Source: Marsupella aquatica
Taxonomy: Eukaryota; Plantae; Marchantiophyta
Assembly: GCA_973895155.1 (NCBI GenBank)
Contig: OZ316891.1
Span: 15,841,037 to 15,905,036 of the forward strand
Direction: 5' to 3'
DNA length: 64,000 nucleotides
The translations under genes and the position numbers were made by a program. The notes below the pieces were generated by a model that was not told where the DNA came from, searched no databases, and worked only from the letters and a program-made list of their open reading frames with translations. This document shows, one piece after another, positions 36,132-49,431 of this stretch (position 1 is its first letter; the number at the start of each line of letters is the position of its first letter).

Positions 36132-39100
36132 AGCTTCTTCTCCTCTATGGTTCCAAAGTGAATGCATAGTAACTTATTTCTACACTCAGCAAGCATGATT
36201 GCACTTGCAAATAATGTAACTCTATTCAAGCCAACTTGTTTTTGTGTATTGTCCTTCTATTTGCTTTGCAACTGGTGAAGCTCCCCACCTGTGATTTTAC
36301 AAGCTTTAGTGGTTATGATCATCATTGCCTTCTAGAACTTCTTTTCACTCTAGGTTTGGCCATCTCCTTAGCAAGACAAATTCTTCGGTCTTCAATGTTT
36401 GTCCACAACATGATGTACACAACAACATTCTTTGTCATGCACTTGCTGTGCCATGACTTCTTGCTGCTAGGAATATTGTATAACCATCTTGAAGTGGCAA
36501 CGTTTGATACTCCTCCAACAATGTCACCAACAACTTCTTCACCCTATCTGCATTTTTCAATCAAGATGTCTGGACAACATTTGCGCTTATCTAGTGTCAC
36601 ACCAATGAGTCGGTCACTAAATTTATTTTCTACCGAGACATAAATTTGTTAGTCTTGAGGGTTCGGGCAAGGAGGGATGTGCAATGTATTTTTTTTACAA
36701 TGAACTAGCGCTAAGTTCGCTTCACTGTAGGTGTGTACTTCCTAGGTAAATTTTTTGTTCTGTCACCAGAACATACCTGTGCCTGATTTCCCGATCAGTC
36801 CCAGCTTAGGGACTTCTAAGCCTTTGTGCTTGCCCGCCTTCAAACTGGAATCTGTAATGTGTCCATCAATCTAGACTCGTAGCCTCCTTCTCCAGTCTGC
36901 ACCCGATGCGTATTGAGATGTTGTGCCTGGCCCAGCCTTGCCAACCGCATACGAGAAAACACTATCACACCCAACACACTCAAAGCACAACATAAATCTT
37001 GGTTTACACAGAGGAAATGGTGGGAAAAGACTTTACTTTAGAGCCCACGATTACATACACAATCATGGTTGACTTGACTTGGACATGAAGCAGGCCGACG
37101 GCGGTGGCCCATACACTGGAACGGATTCTGGCTCCGCACTTGCCTAGCAAGCTCAGTTGTATAGTCACCCCTTGTTACTCTCTATTCCTAAAAGCAGGGA
37201 CTCCCTGCACATCCACAGACACCCAAGTTCAAACTAAAGTTTCCCGCCCTTGCTTCTATTGGGGGTTGCACTAAATACCATCTAAGCGCCGTGACTTGGG
37301 TTGAGCCAACGGTGTAGATCCTAGTCTAAGTCTCACCAAAGTGTCAAGAGTCCTAATGTCGCATTGTATACTAAGATCCTACTTTTGGATGGTGGCGGCC
37401 TGATAAGATAGTGCCAATAACTAAGTTGGCGCCTGTCTTTGCCAAATACCCTACCTACCTCTAACTATGCTCTCAATGGTTGGCGCGCTTGCTAGTTCCA
37501 CTCAAGCCAAACACAGACCACGCATCTTGCTGACTCCTCAGTTGATTGTTGTCCTGCTTCAACAGCCGGACTTGGTCAAAGAGGGAGTCAAACTCCCGCT
37601 TGGCCACATCCACCTCCTAGGCTGCGTCCAACTTCTGGATGTCGCCCCTTAGCAGAGCCACAAGTTGGTCACATGTTGTTAACCGTTGGAGTTGACGATT
37701 AGCCAAATCCTTTGATTAACTATCCAACATAACTTCAATTCATTAATGCCTTTTCTTGTATCGATTAGACATTGTACCGCCTCAATTCAATTGATTTCTT
37801 GTGCATTTTTTGCTTGCTACCCGACCTTTTTGACAATCAGATAGTGTTGACTTGTGCGATTACTCGAGACATTGGTCCAACTCTCACTAGTCGCAGACCC
37901 CACCTGTCACCTGGATTGAAGGTTGAATCTCATCTAACTTTCAATTAATAATTCCTCTTAGAGGATTTCTAAACCCATTGTGGTAGATTCCTCAATTTCT
38001 AATTCTTTTTCTTTCAATAACTCTCGTCCATCTTTCAATCATGTTTTTGCATTCATTTGGTGCATTTTGTAGCCCAAATGGAATACACTTGAATTTAAAC
38101 AACCAAACAAAAGCGGGTGCTTTCATATCCCACTACTTTGGGTCTCTCTTTTACAGCAATCCTTGCAAATTACTCATCATTCTATCTTGCAGGGTTTTTC
38201 TCAACACTTCACAATTGCAAATTTCACATTCCATACAATATTCTACCCAAACCTATGTAAACTTTCCATTTCCAATGTTATCATTCCTAGTCATTTTTCC
38301 TCCACAATCAACTTGACATACAACAGTTACAAGCTCTATAATCAAATACTCCCTGCCATTTTGCCAATAAGTCTCGATCTCATCTCTCATTCACTGATCA
38401 CATCAATTTCTTTTTGTGGAATGGCTCAAGGGAGGCTTGAGTAGGAAATGCGTCAGTTTTTTGCTTTCAAGGAGTAGTAATTACATAGTTTAGTGATTAG
38501 CGGAGTTGTTAGGTTTAAGGTAACTTAATAACTAGGGAAGTAGAGTAGGGAAATAAATTGAGGGAGAGGACATGTTTCTCTAAGAAGTATCAAGAGTTGA
38601 GTAAGTTATTTGGTAAGGGCGGAAAAAAGTTACGATAGTCGGCAAGTCGGGCCGAAGGCATGACCGATACTTTTGAGTGATAAGTTTTGCTAAGACTCAC
38701 CCTATAGGTGCTAGGTAGTCCCTAGACCACACATAAAAGTCACAAAGCCAAGTGGGGTCTTAACCTAGGAGTTGTAAGTATTTTGGAAAAACTTAAAGTT
38801 ACCAAATAGCGGGTCTCGGGAAAAATAGCTGATGGGAAAAGGTAGGGGTTCCAAGTTGCAAGATAGGTTAAATATGGTCCACTCTATCCCTGGAAACTTG
38901 TGGGAGAACTTTGTTACCTTTGGTTACTTTTTGGGAGCATCTCAAAGTTGAGAAGAATTTTGGAAAACATAAGAATTAACCCTCTTTACCTAATTTTAGA
39001 AAATTGGTTATAGGGTTTTGTTTAGATCTTAGTAAACCAGGACATAGCCCTATGTCAAGAAAATATATGGATCTACTCAAAAGTCCTTTTGGCCTTATGG

Positions 39101-39349
39101 GTGATTTTTGGCAGTGGGTACAATATGGGCCGGGGAATTATAGTTTTTCCCAAATAACGAAATCCGACTAAGTGTAAAAACGCTTCGACGAGGCTACCAC
39201 AAGGCAGGAATAAGTCCAGCACAAGGGCGGCTAGGAGATGGTTGAATAGACCAAGCAATCACAAGGTGAAGGAGCTTGAGTGGGAGTGGTAGTTAGTTGG
39301 ACTTTTGTTGTAGTGTGACTTTGGTAGTTAGTAGGACTTTGGTGATTGG

Positions 39350-39486
39350 ACTTTGGTCCTTGGTCCTCTACTTTGGTCCTTGGTCCTTGGTGGGCTACCT
39401 TGGTCCTTGGTCCTTGGTCCTTGGTGGGCTACTTTGGTCCTCTACTTTAGTCCTTGGTCCTTGGTCCTTGGTGGGCTACCTTGGTG
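39350..39486 (+). repeat. (TTGGTCC)n heptamer minisatellite with TTGGTGGGCTACC variants
   Basis: Directly visible tandem array, followed by TATATAAGG at about 39506. Confidence 0.85.
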
Positions 39487-42465
39487 TGGTGTGGAAGGAG
39501 AATAGTATATAAGGAGGAAGTTTTCATTTGTTAGGGACCGGGAGTCTCATCTCTTAAGTGGAATCTCTACCTTGCCAAGGTAGGGCTAAGCTTGAGAAAT
39601 GAGAGGTGGTCCATGCTTAGTGTGGAGAATGTGTAGTGAACTTTTGTTGTAAAGGTGATGCAATAAAAGGAAACTTGCCAATCTTCATTGTGACCATTAA
39701 GTGTGAGTGCATTTGAAGCATATGAGAGCAAGAGAAGAGTCCATGCTATAATGTAATCTTGGTCTAAGCTTGAAGGGGATGTGCCAGTACAAAACCAAGG
39801 CCAAGAGGCAAGGTTAAGGTAGAGCACTACTTTGAGACTTAGAGAGGATTATAGCTTGAGGGTGGAAAGTATTTTGCTTGGTGTATGGTGTTAACAAGAA
39901 GTAAGAACAAGAGGAAGAGTCCTTAGATAGAGGAGCCTTCTCTAGAGCTCAAAGGGGATGTGTGGACCCAAACCAAGGCCAGGGGGCAAGGTTGAGGGGT
40001 AACACTACTTTGAGGGTCTTGAGGAGACTTAAGCTTGAAGAGGAAAGTACTTTGGTTCTTGGGTGTTTATGTGAGACTCTTCTCTAAGGTGACAGCTTGG
40101 AGCGGAGATCCCCCTTGTTGATCCTTAGAGTAGAGGAGAGAGGAAGGGTGTGAGTACAAAAGTAGTCAAGGGGACTACCTCTCTAGAAGTGGAGAGTTGA
40201 AACTACTTATGTATGGAGTGATTAGTCATTGTAGGCACATTTCAGAAGTTTTGTCAATCCTTTGTGACCCTGGTATGATATGGAGCAGGTATTAGGTAGT
40301 CTTTTGGGGAGAAAAGCCGCTTAAGCTCCTTGACAAGTGTTTGACACTTTTACATGGTTTTCTTCCATGGGCCTCCATCTCTCTACCTCCAGGTCTAGCA
40401 ATTTGGCACTACCTTTTCCTAGGCTGCCTTCCTAGCCTCATGATCCTGAAAGTTTCCACAACAAAAGACCATTTTCACTCCTACTCTTCTACCCTATATC
40501 CTTCATACAAATAGGTTTTCCTAACTTCTCCTAACTATCAGCAGTTGTAACTGCCAAACTGCTTATTTGGTTTTTATATCCGTTTTATTCCACTAAGGCT
40601 ACTTGTTACTTGTTACTTGTTCTGATTGTCTATTAAGACAAGTAACTCTTAACTGTGGGTATGAAACATATTTTCTATGTTTTAGGGACTTAACACTTTG
40701 CCATAGTTTAATGAATTAATTAAACCTCATTCTCATCCACTTCAGACCTCATTTTTGAAATGAAATTAACACTAAATCCAATGTCATCAAATTACTCAAG
40801 CATCATTTTCATTCATTTACAACCCATTGTAAACACGACAAAGGTACTTCAAACAACTTAACTTCTTCTCTTATTAAAATAGAATCTCAGGTTTGAAGTT
40901 AAAAAAGTTTTTCATTGGCTGGCCATTCTCTAGCTTGAGGGTTCCATGCTCAAGATTTCAGGTCAGATCATCAGGTCAGGATCAGTCATCAATCATTTTG
41001 CTTTGGCACTTGCTGCAAAGCCTCATTCGTCATCAAGCTTCCCTCTCATCCTCACTCCTCTTTTTCACTTCCCGAGGCTCTCCCTCTGGCCCTCCCTTCC
41101 TCATCGTCTTGATCCTCCAATCCCATAACAAAAAAAACCTTCATCCAATTTCTCCTTCACCATCCATCTTTCTCCAAAACAGAGCTCCACATTTTAACTC
41201 TACTTTCACTCTCCTAGTCTAAACTAATAAACATGAACAATTCTTGTTTTAATTCACCTTATGCTCAACTTGTTCCTTCCTGCAAATTATATCTAGGCTA
41301 CATTAGGCTTCAAATTAATGTACTTGCATGAGGGACTGGTCTCATATCATTTTTTCCCTAAGTATTGTCACTATTCAAAATCTGCTTTCAAACTCCATCG
41401 CAAACTTGGAACTATTCATTCGGCCTCTTGTTCCTCCTTTTCACATACTCCATTTGTTTTCTTTCATCACTCTCTCGAGTTAAATAACTTTCGAGTCAAT
41501 AGTGTCAGTGTGCAAGCTCTCTTTCAAAAAGGCCTCAATTTGCGAGCTTTGTCCAGAATCTTTTAAGAAAAACATTTCATTTTCTCCTTACAGCAATTTG
41601 ATCTCCAACTCTCAAGACTCCTTCAGGGTTCTCTTATCACCATAGCCCTCCGCTAATTCCCAGGATTTTCACTTGCGTTGTCTTCTTCCTCAGATTATTA
41701 CTCTCAGCACTATTCTTAGTCTATTCCAATTTTTTGCTTTTGAACCACCTGCCGCTATCGCTAGGGCTATCCTTTTTTTCAGTTGATTCTGCCTGAAATC
41801 CTCTACTCCAAAGTCCTATTATATCTTCACTTCCTCGTTAAGAATTCTCTTGTCCTTCTTCAATCCAAAAAAGCTTCCCACACTTTCATCCCAATGCAGC
41901 GCAGCATAGCACAACACATCAATCAAGAACCGGAGCATCTTGCTGTCCTGGAAAAACTCCTCATTTTTGTTTTACTCCCACGAGAAAAGTCCACTCAACA
42001 AAAAGTTCTCACTCAATTACCATTTCAGCCATAAATTAACTCTCCTCCTTCGACCTCTGGTGCCCAATTCCTGCCTCTACCTTGAAGAAAAGTCAACAAC
42101 ACACCACACCTGACACTGCGCTGTGCAGCTCCATTGCATGGTCTCTCAAGTTTGGTTCTCTTGCACCTTCTAATCAATTCAAGCATCCCTTTTCCCAATT
42201 TCCGTCTCAACTCATCAACAGCAACAAAAAATCATCCCAATCTAGCATATTCCAATTTTGTAGCATCATCACGCTTTCCTTTAAACCTCTACACTCTTGG
42301 TCCTCCTTTTGCTAGTTGCTTTACTCTCTCAACTCCTGCGAGAGAATTTCAACAAGTTCTCATCGCTTGCTGCGCATTCTCCTTCCACTTGTTAGCAAAT
42401 GTTTAGTTTAATTCATTTCTACTCAATGCAACAGCATTTTCCTTTTCACTCTTATCAACAGATAT

Positions 42466-45400
42466 TGGTAATGGTAATGGTAATGGTAATGTATTATAAG
42501 CTCCGGACCATGAAAGTCAAAGGAGCTGCCACAAAAAGTAAAGTACAATGCAATCAAAGAAAAGAGCAACCAAAAGAGATTGCTCAGAAGAGGACAACTA
42601 TGTCCTCAAAGAAACTATGGACCTAGAGAGCCCTGAAAGATTTTTCAAACCTATTCTCCTTTCCCTATCCACCGCAAAGATATATCTTCCAAGTTGCTGA
42701 GGGGGCAGACCAAACAATGCATACAAATCTTTCACCAAGATTTGAGATGCCATCCTAACCCTCTCATAAAACTTGCAAGCAATGAATACATGATATTCAT
42801 TCTCTATACTAGAGCTATCACATAGTTGACAAACCCTCTTTTTCCTGTCAATATCCTTCCATCTCCCTTGTTCTACTTCAAGGTGGTGTGAGCTTAGTCT
42901 ATACTGAGCAATAAGTTGTCTAAGTTGTACTGAGATAGTGCTAGAGAAGTATTCTTGTTCTCGATATTTCTTCATGGGGTTCACATCTCTCATGTAGTAT
43001 TGCTGCCGTGGGCTAGGTTCATGCCAAAGTTTGTGCAAAGCCTTTTGCTCAAGTTTTGCTCTTAGCTTGGTTGGGTGTGTTGGCCATTCATGTTCAGGAA
43101 AATCCCAAGCATGGGCCCACCTGCACACATCTGCATACCACCCTTTAGCTGAAGATGAGCGCAAGGCATGAAAAGGAAATCTGTTTTCCTCCAACTCTCT
43201 TACACGCATGATGTATTTGAGTGTGTGGAAGAGTGCCTCCACCTCCAAAGGAAACAAGCCTGCCTCTGCAAGTGTAAGTGTATATGGGGTTTGTGACTTG
43301 ATCCCAAGCTCCATCTCAAGAAATAGCTTTTGCAGCCCCTCAATCTGTTGCCACCCAGATTTAGACACACCTGCTCCCCAAATTGGTGCTCCATAAAGAA
43401 TGACTGGTTTCACCAAAGCTCCAAAGAGATGTTTCCTTAACCTCCAAGTGTGTAGACCAGCTCTTTTGCATTTGTTCATGAATGCATAAAAAGCTCTGTA
43501 CCCATTGGCAGCCCTAGATTTTACACATGAGGCCCAACTCAAGTTTTGAGAGAACTCCACCCCAAGGTATTTGTAGGTCCTCACAAATTCCACCAGATTC
43601 CCTTGGAAGTAGAGCTCTGGATTTTGTCGTGTGCCAATGCCCAAACACTTGGTCTTCTTGAGGTTGACTACCATCCCTGTTGCTTGACAAAACTCCTCCA
43701 AGGCATTGAGATGTCTTTGCAAAGCTTCTTGAGCATGAGCAAGTAGGACCACATCATCTGCAAATATAAGAAGTTGGAGGACAAACCTACCCAATTGAGT
43801 GCCAACTCCACCATGCTCCTCCAAAATGTTGTGTAGCTGATCAATGAAGATGCCAAATAGAGTTGGTGAGAGAGGACAACCTTGGATCACCCCAAGAGTG
43901 CTCCAGATTTCTTCAGAGGTTTCCTTTGAAAGTTTGATGCGCACTTCTTGGTACAATTTAGAAACAGCCAACCTGAGCTCTTCAGGCACTTCCAACTCCA
44001 CCATCCTATCCCAAAGCTTGGATCGGGAAACTTTGTCAAAGGCCTTGGAGAAGTCCACAAACAAGCAAAATAATGGTTTATGTGGAGATTTGGCCTTTTC
44101 ACACAACACCCTCAAGCAGAGAATGTGATCCATAGTGCTGAATTCTCTCCTAAAACCTGCTTGTGAAGGTGCCCTTTTCATCTCACTCTCCAACCAAGAG
44201 CTTAATCTGGCTTCAAGTAGTCCTCCCAAAACTTTAGCAAAAGTATTGCCTACCATGATGGTTCTGTAGTTGTGCACATCGTCCTTGTTGCCTGCCTTGA
44301 AGATAGGCACCACTCTTCTGGTCATCCAAGCTTTAGGTAAACCTAAAGCCATTGCTTGATTCAGCTCATGCACCAAGTTTGTTAATAAAGAGGGTCCTCC
44401 CCACAAAAGAAGCTCCAAGTTCAGGCCCAACAGATCTTTAGCTTTCCCATGTTGCATGTGGGAAAGATGCACCTTCACCTCCCTCTCTGTAAACTGAATG
44501 GTGTCCCCAAGGGGCAAAGGCATGCCACTAGCATCTGGAAAGAAATACAAGGATGTGACATAGGTTACCAGGTCCTGGTGATCCAAGGGGGGAGTAGTCT
44601 TGCCTGATTGCATTCTCTCCCAAAAACATTTTGGATGTTTGATGAACTCCTCACATAGTGATTGTTGATGACTCTTCAAGAAGCACCTCTTCTTGTGTTT
44701 GATGAAGTTCTTGTACATAGTGAATGCCAAAAGTCTCTTTTCCCCTGAATGTGATCTTGCTTGCATCCTTGCTCTAGCACAATCCTCGTCAAACCAAGCC
44801 TTCATGTTTTGCTTTCTAGGGGGTTTGGTGGAGAAAGTAGAGGCTGCTGCTTGTACTATGACTTCTGAGAGCTCAATCTGATCATCCAGGGTATGGAGAA
44901 GATGTTCAAAGTTGGCTTTGAAGATGACTTCTCTATCAGGGTCTAGAAACAGAGGTTTGGGTACTGGCTTTCTATGCACTTTGTTTGGGATTGTGGTCAG
45001 GTCAAGATGGAACAACAAAGGCAAGTGTGAAGACTCTGGTTGTTGATCAAGTATTTGAAAGTCAACCACTCTAGTGGCAGAGGTAGGTGTGGCAAGAAGG
45101 TAATCAATGGTACTACATCCTTGTTTAGATCTAAAAGTGTAACCAGATGATTGGGGAAATCTCTCAAGCCCATTCAATATTCTTAGATTACAAGAAGCTC
45201 CCAAATGCAAAAAGTGACGTGTCATGTCATTTGTTCTGGTGTCAAGAGCCTCTCTCACCCAAGGTAGCTCTTCACTACATGATGACCAAGGTAAAGTTCC
45301 TAAGTCCTCACTTTCAGTAAATTGTTCATTAGATACCCTGGCATTAAAGTCCCCCACTATCCATGTCTCCCCTAGTGGTGATATATCATGAATGACTTGG

Positions 45401-46300
45401 ATTAACCTATGAAATGGATAATGTGCATCAGCAATTCCCATCTTATAGACATTCATATTAAGGGGAGCAAAGTAGGTGACAATCAGAAATGATGGAGTAC
45501 CTCTGGTATGAAGTCTCACCACCATGAACTGCTTGCTGGGATCTTCATGCTCAATAGAGGTGATGTGTTGAAGTTGATTCTTGGTGTAGACAACAATGCC
45601 TCCAAACCCTCTTCCCCGTGTGGTCTTCTTCTCATTGAAGATGGATTGTATGCAAGTAAAGCCTTTAATGCTAGGTAGAGCATTTCCCTCATATTCCCAA
45701 GTCTCCGTGAAAAGCAAGATGTCAAAATTCTCAAACAAAGGTTCCCCTCCAATTGCTATTTCTATGGAAAATCCTGAAACATTCCATGCCATGACTCTCA
45801 AGGTCCCGATCCATCATTTAGAAACAACTCTCTTCTTATTGGTAACAACAGCTTGTCCATTGCACAAGTAGGCTACCAATCCTTGGTCTTTGGCTACCCT
45901 CACCTTCTCAAGCTCAATTTTCCTTGCTTGGACTTGTGTGGGAGTCAGATCATCATCCAACCAAATCCTTAGCCCTTTAAGCATGCTCCTGTTAGCCATC
46001 ACTCTAGCTTTCTCGGATTCAGCTGCAAACTTCACACCAAGATTGGACGTGGAAGGTCCCCCTTCTTTTGCCCAATCCTATATGCTTGCAAAATGATAGG
46101 GTCATGCACTTTCATCTGAGATTGGAAGAATGAAATTGCTACCTTCTTGGTGTCTTCCTTCTCCTCCTCAACAAGGCCTGATATTTTGCAGTTGCTGACT
46201 CTTGCATGCTGGTTCTTGTGTTCTTCCTCTAGTGCTCTCCTCTCCTCCTCCTTGGCTTGGACAAATTCATATGTGATTGTTTTGCAGCCTGTGCAAAGGT
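42466..46300 (-). mobile_element. Near full-length RTEX-like LINE (family A): partial ORF1, intact ORF2, (CCATTA)n tail; 5' end approximate
   Basis: ORF1 C-terminus (KGLRIWLDDDLTPTQ), a 1067-aa ORF2, a short 3' UTR and a hexamer tail. The clade call rests on the SHHLEVEQGRW..CQLC..ENEYHVFIAC C-terminus and the microsatellite tail. Confidence 0.9.
42598..45801 (-). CDS. LINE ORF2: APE endonuclease, reverse transcriptase and C-terminal zinc finger
   Basis: AWNVSG, FTETW, VGDFNAR, STIDY and SSHLPL (APE); QAGFR, FVDFSKAFD, GVIQGCPLSP, IFADD and YKYLG (RT); no internal stops. Confidence 0.95.
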   Translation of the reverse strand: MRVMAWNVSGFSIEIAIGGEPLFENFDILLFTETWEYEGNALPSIKGFTCIQSIFNEKKTTRGRGFGGIVVYTKNQLQHITSIEHEDPSKQFMVVRLHTRGTPSFLIVTYFAPLNMNVYKMGIADAHYPFHRLIQVIHDISPLGETWIVGDFNARVSNEQFTESEDLGTLPWSSCSEELPWVREALDTRTNDMTRHFLHLGASCNLRILNGLERFPQSSGYTFRSKQGCSTIDYLLATPTSATRVVDFQILDQQPESSHLPLLFHLDLTTIPNKVHRKPVPKPLFLDPDREVIFKANFEHLLHTLDDQIELSEVIVQAAASTFSTKPPRKQNMKAWFDEDCARARMQARSHSGEKRLLAFTMYKNFIKHKKRCFLKSHQQSLCEEFIKHPKCFWERMQSGKTTPPLDHQDLVTYVTSLYFFPDASGMPLPLGDTIQFTEREVKVHLSHMQHGKAKDLLGLNLELLLWGGPSLLTNLVHELNQAMALGLPKAWMTRRVVPIFKAGNKDDVHNYRTIMVGNTFAKVLGGLLEARLSSWLESEMKRAPSQAGFRREFSTMDHILCLRVLCEKAKSPHKPLFCLFVDFSKAFDKVSRSKLWDRMVELEVPEELRLAVSKLYQEVRIKLSKETSEEIWSTLGVIQGCPLSPTLFGIFIDQLHNILEEHGGVGTQLGRFVLQLLIFADDVVLLAHAQEALQRHLNALEEFCQATGMVVNLKKTKCLGIGTRQNPELYFQGNLVEFVRTYKYLGVEFSQNLSWASCVKSRAANGYRAFYAFMNKCKRAGLHTWRLRKHLFGALVKPVILYGAPIWGAGVSKSGWQQIEGLQKLFLEMELGIKSQTPYTLTLAEAGLFPLEVEALFHTLKYIMRVRELEENRFPFHALRSSSAKGWYADVCRWAHAWDFPEHEWPTHPTKLRAKLEQKALHKLWHEPSPRQQYYMRDVNPMKKYREQEYFSSTISVQLRQLIAQYRLSSHHLEVEQGRWKDIDRKKRVCQLCDSSSIENEYHVFIACKFYERVRMASQILVKDLYALFGLPPQQLGRYIFAVDRERRIGLKNLSGLSRSIVSLRT

Positions 46301-46998
46301 TTTGAGCTTTATAGTCGCAAAATACAAAACGCTTCGACGCAGGTCCAAAAAATGCACTTATAAGTTAAAAACTGCAGGCCTGGAATCCGTTATGCAAAAG
46401 CCACGATCGACCCCGACTGAGGATTGCCAGTAAAACAAAAGCAGTGCTCGGCGCTAGCCAACAACTGCAGGAAAAACTATGGAATTCCTGAAGACAACAA
46501 CCGGGAAAAACCCTAAAAACTAAGCCAAAGATGACTCCGTCCCGAAACATTGAAAGAGATTAAGCAGCGCTCGGCACTAGCTTAAAGTGATCACCAAACT
46601 GAACAATGCGATGTCGTTCTTCGTGAAAAACCGGAGGAACAAGCAATAAGTGATTGCATCTAGCTTTCAGAGTTGCAATCATCCTCCACTCCTGCCGCTT
46701 CTCTCCTCCGATTTTTCTTGAATCCAAGACCACGCAATCGAATGTATCTCTCAGAAGGACTCCAACGCACTGCCCTCATAAAACCTTCATTGGGAATATT
46801 ACTGTCCTTAAAGTCAACTCGCCCAAACATTTCTTGAACTCTCCTGTCGATTGGCAGTACACCATCAACAAGAACAGCCTAATGAGACGAGAACCTGTTT
46901 GCAAATGGGAGCGGAGGAGAATCGACAATCCACGGGATGTTCTTTTCTCCAGGACTAATAGCCTCATCATACGGTAGAGCACGACGATTCCGGAAAGT

Positions 46999-48698
46999 AG
47001 ATTGAGCTCTCAGAAGTCATAGCACAAGCAGCAGCCTCTACTTTCTCCACCAAACCCCCTAGAAAGCAAAACATGAAGGCTTGGTTTGACGAGGATTGTG
47101 CTAGAGCAAGGATGCAAGCAAGATCACATTCAGGGGAAAAGAGATTTTTGGCATTCACTATGTACAAGAACTTCATCAAACACAAGAAGAGGTGCTTCTT
47201 GAAGAGTCATCAACAATCACTATGTGAGGAGTTCATCAAACATCCAAAACGTTTTTGGGAGAGAATGCAATCAGGCAAGACTACTCCCCCCTTGGATCAC
47301 CAGGACCTGGTAACCTATGTCACATCCTTGTATTTCTTTCCAGATGCTAGTGGCATGCCTTTGCCCCTTGGGGACACCATTCAGTTTACAGAGAGGGAGG
47401 TGAAGGTGCATCTTTCCCACATGCAACATGGGAAAGCTAAAGATCTGTTGGGCCTGAATTTGGAGCTTCTTTTGTGGGGAGGACCCTCTTTACTAACAAA
47501 CTTGGTGCATGAGCTGAATCATGTTTGGGCATTGGCACACGACAAAATCCAGAGCTCTACTTCCAAGGGAATCTGGTGGAATTTGTGAGGACCTACAAAT
47601 ACCTTGGGGTGGAGTTCTCTCAAAACTTGAGTTGGGCCTCATGTGTAAAATCTAGGGCTGCCAATGGGTACAGAGCTTTTTATGCATTCATGAACAAATG
47701 CAAAAGAGCTGGTCTACACACTTGGAGGTTAAGGAAACATCTCTTTGGAGCTTTGGTGAAACCAGTCATTCTTTATGGAGCACCAATTTGGGGAGCAGGT
47801 GTGTCTAAATCTGGGTGGCAACAGATTGAGGGGCTGCAAAAGCTATTTCTTGAGATGGAGCTTGGGATCAAGTCACAAACCCCATATACACTTACACTTG
47901 CAGAGGCAGGCTTGTTTCCTTTGGAGGTGGAGGCACTCTTCCACACACTCAAATACATCATGCGTGTAAGAGAGTTGGAGGAAAACAGATTTCCTTTTCA
48001 TGCCTTGCGCTCATCTTCAGCTAAAGGGTGGTATGCAGATGTGTGCAGGTGGGCCCATGCTTGGGATTTTCCTGAACATGAATGGCCAACACACCCAACC
48101 AAGCTAAGAGCAAAACTTGAGCAAAAGGCTTTGCACAAACTTTGGCATGAACCTAGCCCACGGCAGCAATACTACATGAGAGATGTGAACCCCATGAAGA
48201 AATATCGAGAACAAGAATACTTCTCTAGCACTATCTCAGTACAACTTAGACAACTTATTGCTTAGTATAGACTAAGCTCACACCACCTTGAAGTAGAACA
48301 AGGGAGATGGAAGGATATTGACAGGAAAAAGAGGGTTTGTCAACTATGTGATAGCTCTAGTATAGAGAATGAATATCATGTATTCATTGCTTGCAAGTTT
48401 TATGAGGGGGTTAGGATGGCATCTCAAATCTTGGTGAAAGATTTGTATGCATTGTTTGGTCTGCCCCCTCACCAACTTGGAAGATATATCTTTGCGGTGG
48501 ATAGGGAAAGGAGAATAGGTTTGGAAAATCTTTCAGGGCTCTCTAGGTCCATAGTTTCTTTGAGGACATAGTTGTCCTCTTCTGAGCAATCTCTTTTGGT
48601 TGCTCTTTTCTTTGATTGCATTGTACTTTACTTTTTGTGGCAGCTCCTTTGACTTTCATGGTCCCGGAGCTTATAATACATTACCATTACCATTACCA
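46999..48698 (+). mobile_element. Family A LINE, 5'-truncated, with ~709-nt deletion of the RT core
   Basis: Junction GAGCTGAATCA|TGTTTGGGC at about 47521; premature TAG at 48263; tail ends about 48698. Confidence 0.9.
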
Positions 48699-49431
48699 AT
48701 AGCTTCAGTCTCCATCCGGGACTCAAAAGAACTGAAATGGCTCTCTTCCGAACGCACACGAGAAGGGAGGAACGCTGCCTCCCAATCCATGAGCTCACCG
48801 TTTCTGTCCATGTTGAATAGAGCCTGATCAAGTGTCAAGTTACCCTCTGAAAATGAAAGATGTCGTCCTCGATAAATATCTCGCGTGAAACACTTGAACT
48901 GTATCTCCCGCAAAAGGTCCTCAAACGGTCGCGGGCACAAAATTTGTCGACCGCGAGAATCAAAGTGCAGGAAAAGTGTTTTCTAAGAAAATGGTCGTCG
49001 GTCCCAAAACAGTCGTCGATCAGAAAACTTGTCGTCCACAAAAAGTGTCATCCTTGAAAACTATCGTGAACAAGAGATCCAAATATGTCATCCTAGAGAT
49101 CCAAAAATGTTGTCTGAATACAGTCGATGTGGGTTTCTTTGGCAATCTAACGGACCTAAATGAAATGGACGTTGGTATCCAAAACATATATTACACTATG
49201 TATTGCCTATTATTTGTCTCATTATGATGACCGTTGGTATGACACGACAAAGACCAAACGGCCGTGTTACACAAATAAGAGCTGGAAATATTCGCTTTAT
49301 GAATCACCATTTGGCGAGCGCCTGGCGCTTGCAAAAAACACAAGTCATGAGACATTAATTTATAAGGATCCAATGAGAGGATTTGAATACAAGTTGGTAC
49401 TAGCGCCAGGCGCTGGTAAAAGATTTCTCCA

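Noticed and set aside
36920-37836. TG...CA-bounded segment as a solo LTR
   Set aside because: No matching target-site duplication and no second copy in the window.
40350-42460. C/T-rich stretch (and 37900-38440) possibly a decayed LINE ORF1/endonuclease on the minus strand
   Set aside because: No diagnostic motif could be read with confidence, so it is not reported as a feature.
43595-43625. NPELYFQG resembles the TEV protease site ENLYFQG, suggesting vector sequence
   Set aside because: It is a natural part of the RT region before YKYLG; the sister family reads ELSLYFAG at the same place.
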